Of a stretch of DNA of 37,544 bases, positions 1-8,662 are shown piece after piece. Positions within the stretch are counted from its first letter, which is position 1. Each line of letters opens with the position of its first letter. Source of the DNA: Anaeromyxobacteraceae bacterium (GTDB taxonomy: Bacteria; Myxococcota; Myxococcia; Myxococcales; Anaeromyxobacteraceae). The DNA is taken from positions 1 to 37,544 of the forward strand of contig DATIUR010000305.1 in assembly GCA_035466675.1 (NCBI GenBank). Reading direction: 5' to 3'. A program made the translations under genes and the position numbers. Under the pieces are notes generated by a model that was given only the letters and a program-made list of their open reading frames with translations, had not been told where the DNA came from and did no database searches.

Positions 1-420
1 CTCGAGCCACTCGGTGTGCCCGACGAATCCGGGAAGGGCCCGGGCCACCTGCCCCTTGGAGACGGGCGCGGTCACGAGCGCCGCGGCATCGCCGCGCCGG
101 ACCGCCCCGAAGGCGGCCTCCAGGTAGGCGAGCTGGGCCGCTCCACCGGAGGGATGCGGGCGGCCGGGCCGGAGGGCCGCCGCGGGCAGCCGGGTGACCG
201 GGACGAGGGCGCCGCCGGGCGGAAGCCGATCGCCCGGCTCGACGAGCGGCAGCCCGAGGGGGCCCAGCCGGCGCCGCAGGAGCCGCGCGTCTCCGAACAC
301 GACCGGCGCGACCGAGCCGGCGAGGGCGCGAAGCGCCCCGGCCGTCACCTCCGGACCGATCCCCGAGGGGTCCCCCAGGCTGATGGCGACGCGGACGGGG
401 TTACTTCGAGGCCGCGGCAT
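1..420 (-). CDS. pdxA: 4-hydroxythreonine-4-phosphate dehydrogenase PdxA, 5' part (runs off the left edge)
   Basis: Not in the ORF track. Manual translation from ATG at 420 gives MPRPRSNPVRVAISLGDPSGIGPEV...ALVTAPVSKGQVARALPGFVGHTEWLE, matching the PdxA motifs GDPxGIGPE, VTAPxxK and GHTE. It lies directly downstream of a surA-like gene, the known surA-pdxA linkage. Confidence 0.93.
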   Translation of the reverse strand, partial: MPRPRSNPVRVAISLGDPSGIGPEVTAGALRALAGSVAPVVFGDARLLRRRLGPLGLPLVEPGDRLPPGGALVPVTRLPAAALRPGRPHPSGGAAQLAYLEAAFGAVRRGDAAALVTAPVSKGQVARALPGFVGHTEWLE

Positions 421-1387
421 CGAGCTCCGCCATCCGGATCTGGATCGCCGCCCCGCGGCGGAGCTCGGCGACGTATTGATCCCGGAAGCTGGCGAACTGC
501 TCCATGGAGAGCCGCTCGCGGATCTCGTCCTTCGCCGCGTCGAAGGAGCGGCCGCCGCCCATCCGGCGATCCGCGGCCTGCAGGACGTGCAGGCCCGACC
601 CGGCCCGGAGGACCGCGGAGACCTCGCCCTCCTTCAGGCGAAAGGCCGCGTCCTCGAGCGCCTTCTCGATGGTGCCCCGCCGGATCCACCCGAGGTCGCC
701 CCCCTCGTCGGCGGAGGGACCCTTCGAGACCTCCCTGGCGACGGCCTCGAACTTCTCCCCCGCCCGGATCCGGGAGAGGGCGCGCTCCGCCTCGCCGCGG
801 ACCCGCGCCGCCTCGGCCTCGCTCGCGCCCGGGGGCAGCGGCAGGAAGATGTGGCGGATGCGGACCTCCTCCGCGCCCGCGAACTCGCCGGGGTGGGACT
901 GGTAGTAGGCGCGGACGTCCTCGTCCGACACCCGGATCTTGTTCCGGACCTTGTACTGCATGACGGAGAGCGCGCGGATCTCCTTGCGCATCTGCTCGCG
1001 GAACTGCTTTCGATCCAGGCCCTGCTGGGCGAGGGCCATGTCGAGCTGGGCGTCGTCGAACCCGTTGCGGTGCTTGATGTCGGCGACGGCGGCGTCGATC
1101 TGCTCCTCGGTCACCTCGATCTCCATCTGCCTGGCGGCCGACTCGAGCAGCTTGTCCGAGACGATGGCGTCGAGGCTGCGGCGCAGGGCCTCGGCGGTGG
1201 CGCGGTCGCGGGCGGCGCCGGCGGGAAGCTCCCGGGCGGAGGCGTAGGCGTCGCCGGCGCGCTCGATCACGTCGAGCAGCGTCACCACCTCGCCGTTCAC
1301 GGTGGCGGCCACGCGGCCGACCACGCGGCGATCGGACGCCGGGGAGGCCAGGGCGGCGAGGGCGAGCAGCGCGGGAAGGAGCGTCAC
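401..1387 (-). CDS. surA: SurA-like periplasmic chaperone / parvulin peptidyl-prolyl isomerase
   Basis: Signal peptide, SurA N-terminal motif (VVGRVAATVNGEVVT), and one parvulin domain (RIRHIFL...FEAVAREVS...GGDLGW...GLHVL). Upstream of pdxA. Confidence 0.85.
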   Translation of the reverse strand: MTLLPALLALAALASPASDRRVVGRVAATVNGEVVTLLDVIERAGDAYASARELPAGAARDRATAEALRRSLDAIVSDKLLESAARQMEIEVTEEQIDAAVADIKHRNGFDDAQLDMALAQQGLDRKQFREQMRKEIRALSVMQYKVRNKIRVSDEDVRAYYQSHPGEFAGAEEVRIRHIFLPLPPGASEAEAARVRGEAERALSRIRAGEKFEAVAREVSKGPSADEGGDLGWIRRGTIEKALEDAAFRLKEGEVSAVLRAGSGLHVLQAADRRMGGGRSFDAAKDEIRERLSMEQFASFRDQYVAELRRGAAIQIRMAELDAAASK

Positions 1388-2337
1388 GGGTTCACCTCCG
1401 CCAGGGCGGCCTCGTCGATCTCCACCCGGGCGCGCTTTCGCAGCACGGCCAGGTACTCCTCCTGGGCGCGGGCGCGCTTCTGGCGGAGGAGCTTCTCGGT
1501 GATGTCGGCGCGGGCGTCGTCGAGGGTGCGGCGCCGGGCCGGCTTGCGGTCCACCACCTTGAACAAATGGAACCCGTACGGCGAGGGCGTCACCTCGGAG
1601 AGGGTGTCGAGCGCGAGCGAGAAGCAGCGCTCGAACACCTCCGGGTACCCGGACCCACGGCCGATGTACCCGAGGTCCCCGCCGGCCTTGCCCTCGGGGG
1701 CGATGGAGGTGGTCCGGGCGATCTCGGCGAAGCTGCCCGGGTTTCGGCGGATCCGGTCGCGCACCTGGACGGCCTCCTCGCGGGAAGCGACCACGATCTG
1801 GAAGACGTGCACGCGCTCCGGCTCCTGGAACTCGTCGGGATGGTCCGCGTAGTAGCGATCCACCTCGCCGGCCGCCACCTGCGCGCCCGGATAGACCTCC
1901 TCCTGGAAGAGGCGCTCGATGGTGAGCTGGCCCGCGAGCCGGGCCTTGAGCTCGCCCTGGGAGAGCCGCTCCTGCGCCAGGAGGTCGTCGAAATGGGTGC
2001 CGGGGTACTCCGAGCGCAGCCGCAGGAACGCCCGATCCACCTGGTCCTGTCCCACGACGATGGATCGGGACCGGGCCTGCTGGAGCAGGAGGGCGCGATC
2101 GAGGAGGCCGTCGAGCACGGTCCGGCGGAGGACGTCGAGCCGGTCCGCGGCCTCCGCGCCGCTGGCCCGCACCTGGGCCAGCTCGCGCCGGACCTCCTCG
2201 GCGGCGATGGGCTCGCCGTTCACGAGCGCGACCGGGCGCGGGACGACCGCTCCCTTGTTGCGATCGCCGCCGCAGCGGGCGCAGCCGCCCACCGCGGCGA
2301 CGGCGAGGAGGCCGAGAAGCAGCGGATGCCGCGTCAC
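1384..2337 (-). CDS. PrsA/PpiC-type foldase lipoprotein (parvulin domain)
   Basis: Start moved to GTG at 2337, a GTGA overlap with the upstream stop. Lipobox-like AVGGC, VALVNGEPI N-domain, parvulin motifs FAEIARTTS, GGDLGY and SPYGFHLFK. Confidence 0.85.
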   Translation of the reverse strand: MTRHPLLLGLLAVAAVGGCARCGGDRNKGAVVPRPVALVNGEPIAAEEVRRELAQVRASGAEAADRLDVLRRTVLDGLLDRALLLQQARSRSIVVGQDQVDRAFLRLRSEYPGTHFDDLLAQERLSQGELKARLAGQLTIERLFQEEVYPGAQVAAGEVDRYYADHPDEFQEPERVHVFQIVVASREEAVQVRDRIRRNPGSFAEIARTTSIAPEGKAGGDLGYIGRGSGYPEVFERCFSLALDTLSEVTPSPYGFHLFKVVDRKPARRRTLDDARADITEKLLRQKRARAQEEYLAVLRKRARVEIDEAALAEVNP

Positions 2338-3422
2338 GGATTCCTTGGCGCCCCGCCCGCCGGCGGCGGCGGCGCCGGAGCCAAGGCCGGGGCCGGAGCC
2401 GGAGCCGGAACCGCGCGGGCGCCCTCCGGTGCGCCGGGAGCCATGCCCATCGGATGTCCGGGGGGCATGGGCGGCATGCCCGGCATCCCGGGCATGCCCG
2501 GGCCGGGCGCGGCCGGGCTGGGCGCCACCACGATGGCGTCGAGGACCTTCTCGTCCACGGTGATGCCGGCGTCGGCCCGCAGCTTCTTCTGCCACTCGTC
2601 GAACTCCTTCGACTTCCGCTCGCGGTAGAGCCGGTTGGCGATCTGGTTCTTCACCTGGTCGAAGGGGCGGTTCAGCTCCTCCTGCTGGCCCGTCAACTTC
2701 ACGATGTAGAAGCCCTTCGCCGTCTCCACCACGCCCGAGGTCTGGCCGTTCTGGAGGGCGAAGGCCGCGGCGGCGAGCGGCGGCCCGTAGCTCGCCTCGA
2801 GCTCGGCCTGCGACTTGAAACCCAGGTCGCCGGCGAGCGCCTTCGAGCCCGGATCCTCGGAGACCTTGCTCGCCATCTGGGCGAAGGCGAGCGTGTTCTT
2901 CTTCTCCTCCAGCTTGAGCTGGGCGAGCGCCCGGCGCGCGGCCTCGCGCTTGGCGGCGCGCTCGGGGGTCCCCTCCGCGGCGTTCAGGACGATGGCGGCC
3001 AGGCGGACCTTCTTCGGGCGGAAGAAGTCGTTCTGGTGCTCGTCGTAGTACTTCCGCAGCTCCTCCTCCGGCAGGTCCTTGGCCCCCTCCAGGTCCTGGA
3101 AGTTCTTCTGCACGAGCTTCTGGACCATCACCTTCTTCAGGGTGAGCTGGACGTCCGGATCCTTGTCGAGCCCCTGCCGCTCGGCCTCGCGCGCGAGCAC
3201 CTCGATGCGGATCAGGTTGTCGAGGAACTCCTTCTTGCGCTCGAGCGAGTTGTAGCGCGCCCGGATGAAGGGCGACTGCTCGTCGAGGCGTGCCTTGAAC
3301 TCCTCGTCGGTGATGACGATGTCCCTGCCCTTGGCCACCGGGGTCCCCTTCTTCGAGGCGGAGGGCTTGCAGGAGGCGAGGGCGAGCGCGGCGAGGCCGA
3401 GGACGGCGAGTCTGCGAAACAT
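2334..3422 (-). CDS. PrsA/PpiC-type foldase lipoprotein with Pro/Met-rich C-terminal tail
   Basis: Start moved to ATG at 3422 (AGGAG upstream). MFRRLAVLGLAALALASC lipobox; parvulin-like SEDPGSKALAGDLGF...VETAKGFYIVK; low-complexity Pro-rich tail. Confidence 0.85.
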   Translation of the reverse strand: MFRRLAVLGLAALALASCKPSASKKGTPVAKGRDIVITDEEFKARLDEQSPFIRARYNSLERKKEFLDNLIRIEVLAREAERQGLDKDPDVQLTLKKVMVQKLVQKNFQDLEGAKDLPEEELRKYYDEHQNDFFRPKKVRLAAIVLNAAEGTPERAAKREAARRALAQLKLEEKKNTLAFAQMASKVSEDPGSKALAGDLGFKSQAELEASYGPPLAAAAFALQNGQTSGVVETAKGFYIVKLTGQQEELNRPFDQVKNQIANRLYRERKSKEFDEWQKKLRADAGITVDEKVLDAIVVAPSPAAPGPGMPGMPGMPPMPPGHPMGMAPGAPEGARAVPAPAPAPALAPAPPPPAGGAPRNP

Positions 3423-3525
3423 GGGGTGTCGTGCTCCTGAGCGGGTTGTCGAGCCTGCAGCGTGCGAACGCACGGCCGCGCCCCGCTCTTCCGGGGCGCG
3501 GTCCCGGCGATCCATGGAGGCCGGA

Positions 3526-3554
3526 AAAAGACCACGGAACGACGCCGGGATCAA
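3526..3554 (-). promoter_or_regulatory. Putative sigma70-type promoter for the foldase-pdxA operon
   Basis: TTGATC (3554-3549), 17-nt spacer, TG-n-TCTTTT (3531-3526). The -10 box is a poor match to consensus. Confidence 0.35.
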
Positions 3555-3589
3555 GCGTTCGGAGACGCCCGCACGCCCCCCGGTCCGGC

Positions 3590-3988
3590 TCACGCGGGGC
3601 GCGGCGGACGGCCCCGGAGCGCCTCGGTCGCCTCGTTGACGGCCCGGCGGAAGCCCATGGGATCGGCGATCCCGCGGAAGGGCTCCCTCGTCCCGCCCGT
3701 GCCGACGACGACGATGGTGCCGTAGCCGAGAACGCGGCCGAGGATGGTCTGGTCGACCCCGATGGACTCCACCTTCTCGAGGTTCAGCTCGACCGTTCGC
3801 CGGGAGACGAGGCCGACCTTGATGATCACGCGGCGGTTCGTCACCGTGAACTCGGAGGTGGCGCGCGCGATGAACGGCGCGAGGAAGAGCGTCAGGAGCG
3901 CCTTCAGCGAGACGAAGGTCGTCCAGTGCAGGCGGGTCCGGTGCACCACCTGCTCGCCGGCCATCAGGTTGTCCTCGACGTAGCCCAT
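3590..3988 (-). CDS. Small membrane protein with bacterial PH (bPH_2/YdbS-like) domain
   Basis: Real start is ATG at 3988 (GGGAGGG upstream), at the end of the 1935-aa shadow ORF. MGYVEDNLMAGEQVVHRTRLHW, a hydrophobic segment, then EFTVTNRRVIIKVGLVSRRTVELNLEKVESIGVDQTILGRVLGYGTIVV, typical of bPH_2. Confidence 0.85.
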   Translation of the reverse strand: MGYVEDNLMAGEQVVHRTRLHWTTFVSLKALLTLFLAPFIARATSEFTVTNRRVIIKVGLVSRRTVELNLEKVESIGVDQTILGRVLGYGTIVVVGTGGTREPFRGIADPMGFRRAVNEATEALRGRPPRPA

Positions 3989-4044
3989 GGCAGCCCTCCC
4001 CGCGGCGCCCGCCCCGAGGGCGGGGCGCACCGCATCGTACCTCC

Positions 4045-7000
4045 TCACCCGGTCCGCTCGCAGCCGGCCAGCCCCGCCAGCACCTCGCGCGCCGCCGCCA
4101 GCAGCTCCCGCCCGCGCGCCGCCTCGGCGGCGGGCGAGGCGGGCAGGGCCGCCTTCACGGCCTCCTGGACCGCCCGGACCACCGCGCCCCTTTCCCGCGG
4201 GGCGCTGCGGGGCCTGGGCGCGGCGGCGGGGCCCACCCGCGCCACCAGCTTCATGTCCGGCGTGAGCCGCAGCGCGCCGTCCGAGTCGGCCACGTGCTTC
4301 GCGAGCCGGAACGGATCGAGGCCGGCCGATTCGCCCAGCGTGAAGACGAGCCTCCCGGGGCCCGACTCGAGCGCTCGGATGCGCAGGGCGCGCAGCCGCA
4401 CCTTGAGGGACATGAGCGCGAGGAGGTCGTCCAGCTCCTCCGGCGGCTCCCCGCAGCGATCCACGATCTCGCCCCGGACCTCCTCCAGCTCCTCGTCCGA
4501 TCCCGCCTGGGCGAGGCGCTTGTAGAACCAGAGCCGCTGGTGCACGTCCGGCACGTACCCGTCGGGCAGGAAGGCCGGCAGGGGGAGGGAGACGTCGGGG
4601 TCGATCTCCTCCCGGGGCGCCTCGCCCCGGATCTCCCTCACCGCCTCGTCGAGGAGCTGGGCGTAGAGGTCGAACCCGACCGATTCGATCTGGCCCGACT
4701 GGTCCCGGCCCAGCAGGTTGCCGGCGCCGCGGATCTCGAGGTCGTGGCTCGCGATCTTGAAGCCCGCGCCCAGCTCGGCGAAGCGCTGCAGGACCTCGAG
4801 GCGCTTGCGGGCGTCGGCGGTGACCTGGCGCCGCGCCGGCACGAGCAGGTACGCGTAGGCGCGCTCGCGGCTCCGCCCGACGCGGCCGCGGATCTGGTAG
4901 AGCTGGGCCAGCCCGAGCCGGTCGGCCCGGTTCACCACGATGGTGTTGGCGCTGGGGATGTCGAGGCCGCTCTCGATGATCGAGGTGGCGAGCAGGACGT
5001 CCAGCTCCCGGCCCACGAACCGGGCCATCACGTCCTCCAGCCTGCCCTCGGCCATCTGGCCGTGGGCCACGCCGATGCGCGCCCCGGGGACGAGGTCGCG
5101 CAGGAACTTCTCCATGGCGCCGATGGACTGGACCCGGTTGTGGACGAAGAAGACCTGACCGCCTCGGCGGATCTCGGACTCGATCGCCTCCTTGACCGCG
5201 GCCGGGTCGAACTTGAGCACGAAGGTGCGGATGGCTCGCCGGTCCTCCGGCGGCGTGGCGATGACGGACAGGTCGCGCGCGCCCGCCAGGCTCATGTGGA
5301 GCGTGCGGGGGATGGGCGTGGCCGTCAGGGTGAGCACGTCCACCATCCGCCGGAGCTTCTTCAGGCGCTCCTTGTGGACGACGCCGAAGCGCTGCTCCTC
5401 GTCCACCACCACGAGCCCGAGGTCGCGGAAGGAGACGTCGGCGCCGAGGAGCCGGTGGGTGCCGATGAGGACGTCCACCTTCCCGGCGGCGGCGTCCCGC
5501 AGGACCGCGCGGACCTCCTCGGGCGGCCGCATCCGCGAGACGGCCTCGATGCGGACGGGATGGCCGCGGAAGCGCTCCTGGAAGGTGCGGGCGTGCTGGG
5601 CGGCGAGCAAGGTGGTGGGGACGAGAACCGCCACCTGCTTCCTGGAGAGCACCGCCAGCATGGCCGCCCGCAGGGCCACCTCGGTCTTCCCGTACCCGAC
5701 GTCGCCGCAGACGAGCCGGTCCATCGGACCGGCTGCCTGGGGGCCGTTCGCCATCGGCGCGCGCTCCCCCGGCCCCCCCGCTCGCCCCGGGGCCGGCCGA
5801 TCCCCCTGCGCTCGCCGGCGCCGCTTCGTCATGTCGGCCAGCACGTCCTCGATGGCCTTCGCCTGATCGGGCGTCTCCTCCCAGGGGAACTCGGCCTCGA
5901 ACTCGCGGAAGATCTCGTCCGGCTCGGCGAAGGCGAAGCCGGGGTGCGCCGCGCGGGCCGCGTACAGGTCGAGCAGCTCCGCCGCCATCTTGAGGAGCTG
6001 CTCCTTCACCCGGGCCTTGCGCAGCCCGAAGGACTGGCCGCCCAGCCGGTCGAGCCGGACCGACTCCGGCGAGGCCCCGGTGAACTTCTGCACCTGGCGC
6101 AGCTTGGCCACGGGCAGGTAGAGGCGGTCCTGCCCCTGGTAGGCGAGCACGAGGAAGTCCCCCTCCACGCCGCCGAGCCTCATCTTGGTGAGACCGCCGT
6201 ACCGGGCGATCCCGTGCTCCACGTGGACGACCAGGTCGCCCTCCTCGAGCTCGCGGAAGGCCGCCGCGAAGGCGTTCTCCTCGCGGGAGGGGCGTGCCTT
6301 CCGCCGCACCCGGCGCCCGAAGATCTCCTCGTCCGACAGGAGCGCCAGGCCGGAGGGGCCGTCCACGAAGCCGCCGGAGATCTCGCCGGGCACGAGATGG
6401 GCGTGCACGGCCGGGTCGCGGAGCGCGGCCGGGTCGCCGGGGGGGGCGGCGAGGACGCGCGCCACCTGGCGGCGGTCCTCGAGCAGGCGGCGCAGGCGGT
6501 CGGCCGAGGAGGGCGTGGCGCAGGCGATCACCGTGGCCAGGCCGCGCCGGCGCCAGTCCTCGAGCCGGCGGACGAGCGGAAGGAGCGCGCCCTCCTCGCC
6601 GTGGGCGGTCTCGATCTCCGCCCGCAGCCCGCCGATCTCCTCGACGGGGAAGCGCAGCGGCTCGCCCGTGCCGAGCCAGACGCGGTGGCGACGCACCCGG
6701 GGCCTCTCGCCCAGGCGCGCCAGCGTCTCCGCGGCGCCGAGGTAGTGCGCGGCCGGGGGGAGGGCCAGCTCCTCGCGCCGCAGGGCGGCTTCGTGCTCGC
6801 GGCCGAGCTCGGCCTCGAGGTCGTGCAGGGCCTGCTCCACCCCGGCCGCGTCGTCGATCCAGGCGGGCGCGCCGGCCGGGAGGTAGTCGAAGAGCGTCCC
6901 GAGGCCGCCCGGGTGGAACCCCGGCAGGAGCGCCTCCATGCCGAAGAAGGGCGTCCCCGCCTCGATGGCGTCCAGGACCTCGCGCACCCGGGAGGTGGGC

Positions 7001-7767
7001 CGGTTCACGCGCTCGGCCGCCTCCCGGACCGCCTCGCGGGCCGAGGCCCGGGCCTCCTCGGAGAAGATCGCCTCGCGGGCCGGGCAGAGGAGCACCTCCG
7101 GAGCGTCGCCCAGGCTGCGCTGGGTCTGGGGATCGAACCGGCGGCAGCTCTCGATCTCGTCCCCGAAGAACTCCAGGCGGACCGGCCCGTCTTCGGCCGG
7201 CGTCCAGAGATCGACGATGCCGCCGCGCACCGCGAACGTCCCGGGGTCCTCGACCAGGGGCACGCGCGCGAACCCGAGCGAGAGGAGGCGGGCGGCGAGC
7301 GCCTCCCGGGCGATCTCCAGCCCCGGCCCGAGCAGGTCCGAGCCCCGCTCGAGCAACGCGCGGGGGAAGGTGCGCCGCGCCAGCGCGCGCGCGGAGACCA
7401 CCACCGCCCGCGCCGATCCGGGCCGGAGGTGCAGGCGCGCCAGGGCCGAGAGGCGCTCCATCTCGACGCCCCGGTCCGGCGACAGGTCGTCGTAGGGAAG
7501 GACCGCGTCGGCGGGCACCCGCACCACCGAGCCCTCCCCGGCGAAGAAGGCGACGTCGCGGCCCAGCGCGTCCGCCGCCTCCTCGTCCGCCGCCACCGCC
7601 AGGAGCGGGCCGGCGTCGCCGGGCGGGACCAGATCCCGGGCCAGCAGGCCCCGGTGGGCCCCGACGACCCCGGCGACGTCGGCCACGCCGCGCTCCTGGA
7701 GCGCGCGGCGGAGCCGCAGGCGAGCCTCGGAGGGAAGCGTCCCGTGGGGCGGAGGTGCGGTGGACAT
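4045..7767 (-). CDS. mfd: Transcription-repair coupling factor Mfd
   Basis: Start ATG at 7767. UvrB-like N-module (GTFAVRGGIVDLW), RID domain (GDLVVHVEHGIARY), Walker A GDVGYGKT, DEEQRFG, TATPIPRT, QIRGRVGR, DLEIRGAGNLLG and C-terminal TRCF domain. Confidence 0.97.
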   Translation of the reverse strand: MSTAPPPHGTLPSEARLRLRRALQERGVADVAGVVGAHRGLLARDLVPPGDAGPLLAVAADEEAADALGRDVAFFAGEGSVVRVPADAVLPYDDLSPDRGVEMERLSALARLHLRPGSARAVVVSARALARRTFPRALLERGSDLLGPGLEIAREALAARLLSLGFARVPLVEDPGTFAVRGGIVDLWTPAEDGPVRLEFFGDEIESCRRFDPQTQRSLGDAPEVLLCPAREAIFSEEARASAREAVREAAERVNRPTSRVREVLDAIEAGTPFFGMEALLPGFHPGGLGTLFDYLPAGAPAWIDDAAGVEQALHDLEAELGREHEAALRREELALPPAAHYLGAAETLARLGERPRVRRHRVWLGTGEPLRFPVEEIGGLRAEIETAHGEEGALLPLVRRLEDWRRRGLATVIACATPSSADRLRRLLEDRRQVARVLAAPPGDPAALRDPAVHAHLVPGEISGGFVDGPSGLALLSDEEIFGRRVRRKARPSREENAFAAAFRELEEGDLVVHVEHGIARYGGLTKMRLGGVEGDFLVLAYQGQDRLYLPVAKLRQVQKFTGASPESVRLDRLGGQSFGLRKARVKEQLLKMAAELLDLYAARAAHPGFAFAEPDEIFREFEAEFPWEETPDQAKAIEDVLADMTKRRRRAQGDRPAPGRAGGPGERAPMANGPQAAGPMDRLVCGDVGYGKTEVALRAAMLAVLSRKQVAVLVPTTLLAAQHARTFQERFRGHPVRIEAVSRMRPPEEVRAVLRDAAAGKVDVLIGTHRLLGADVSFRDLGLVVVDEEQRFGVVHKERLKKLRRMVDVLTLTATPIPRTLHMSLAGARDLSVIATPPEDRRAIRTFVLKFDPAAVKEAIESEIRRGGQVFFVHNRVQSIGAMEKFLRDLVPGARIGVAHGQMAEGRLEDVMARFVGRELDVLLATSIIESGLDIPSANTIVVNRADRLGLAQLYQIRGRVGRSRERAYAYLLVPARRQVTADARKRLEVLQRFAELGAGFKIASHDLEIRGAGNLLGRDQSGQIESVGFDLYAQLLDEAVREIRGEAPREEIDPDVSLPLPAFLPDGYVPDVHQRLWFYKRLAQAGSDEELEEVRGEIVDRCGEPPEELDDLLALMSLKVRLRALRIRALESGPGRLVFTLGESAGLDPFRLAKHVADSDGALRLTPDMKLVARVGPAAAPRPRSAPRERGAVVRAVQEAVKAALPASPAAEAARGRELLAAAREVLAGLAGCERTG

Positions 7768-7882
7768 CGGCGTCGCGGGCGGCGCGGATCCTAACCCGCC
7801 GCGCGGGGGACGGCCCGATCGAGGCGGGTCGCGGCCGCTCCCCGGCCGGGCGGCCGCCATCCGGGGCTCGCTCCGCCGTTCC

Positions 7883-7911
7883 TTGATCCCCCGGGGGGGC
7901 GCCGATACACT
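7883..7911 (+). promoter_or_regulatory. Putative sigma70-type promoter for the TPR-hrcA transcription unit
   Basis: TTGATC (7883-7888), 17 nt, TACACT (7906-7911), in the divergent mfd/TPR intergenic region. Confidence 0.6.
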
Positions 7912-7944
7912 CGGATCGGTCCCGGAACCACCGGGAAAGCTCCC

Positions 7945-8655
7945 ATGCCCAGCCAGAGTACCATCGCCACGCGCTCGACCGGAGCGGCGATCGCCGCCGC
8001 GCTGCTCGCCGCCTGCGGGGGGGCGGAGGTGCGGGTGCCTCCCGACGCGTCGCCGGTGCTCGCGACGCTGGCGAGCGCGCCCGGCGACGGCTCGGCCCGG
8101 CTGCGGGCGGGCGATCTGCCGGGAGCGCGCGCGAGCTACGAGGGGGCGCTGGCGGCCGACCCGGAGCGGCTGGACGCCCTGAACGACCTCGCCGTGAGCT
8201 ACGCGCTGGAGGGGCACCTCGACCCGGCCCGGAGGCTGCTCGACGAGGTGGTGGCGCACGGATCCCCGCGCGAGCAGCAGGCCGCCCTGGTGAACCTGGG
8301 CGAGCTGTACGCCCTCGACGGCTATCTCTCGATCGCGCAGGCCTGCCTCGAGTCCGCGCACGGCCTGGACCCGGCGCGGCCCGAGCCCCTCTACGCGCTG
8401 GCGCTGCTCGCCGACGCCCGGGGGGAGCAGGAGGCCGCGCTGGGGCTGCTCCGGGAGGCGCTGCGGCTCGACCGCGGCGCGGCGGCGCGCGCCACCTTCG
8501 CCTACGTCTACCCGGAGGAGAGGCTGCACCTCGAGGCGCTCCTCGCCGAGGAGGGAGGGCAGCGCGCCCAGGCCGAGACGCTCTGGCGGGCGCTCTCCCA
8601 GGGCCGCTTCGGGGCCCTGGCCGCGGCGGCGGACAGGCGGCTCCGGGAGCGCTAG
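7945..8655 (+). CDS. Tetratricopeptide-repeat lipoprotein
   Basis: Lipobox LLAAC followed by several TPR-like helical pairs ([22 protein letters not shown]; [13 protein letters not shown]; [18 protein letters not shown]). Confidence 0.75.
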   Translation: MPSQSTIATRSTGAAIAAALLAACGGAEVRVPPDASPVLATLASAPGDGSARLRAGDLPGARASYEGALAADPERLDALNDLAVSYALEGHLDPARRLLDEVVAHGSPREQQAALVNLGELYALDGYLSIAQACLESAHGLDPARPEPLYALALLADARGEQEAALGLLREALRLDRGAAARATFAYVYPEERLHLEALLAEEGGQRAQAETLWRALSQGRFGALAAAADRRLRER

Positions 8656-8662
8656 GACGCCC

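Noticed and set aside
7938-7964. GAGTACCAT resembling a CIRCE right half-site
   Set aside because: The position 9 nt upstream reads AGCTCCCAT, not TTAGCACTC, so there is no inverted repeat. It also lies in coding sequence.
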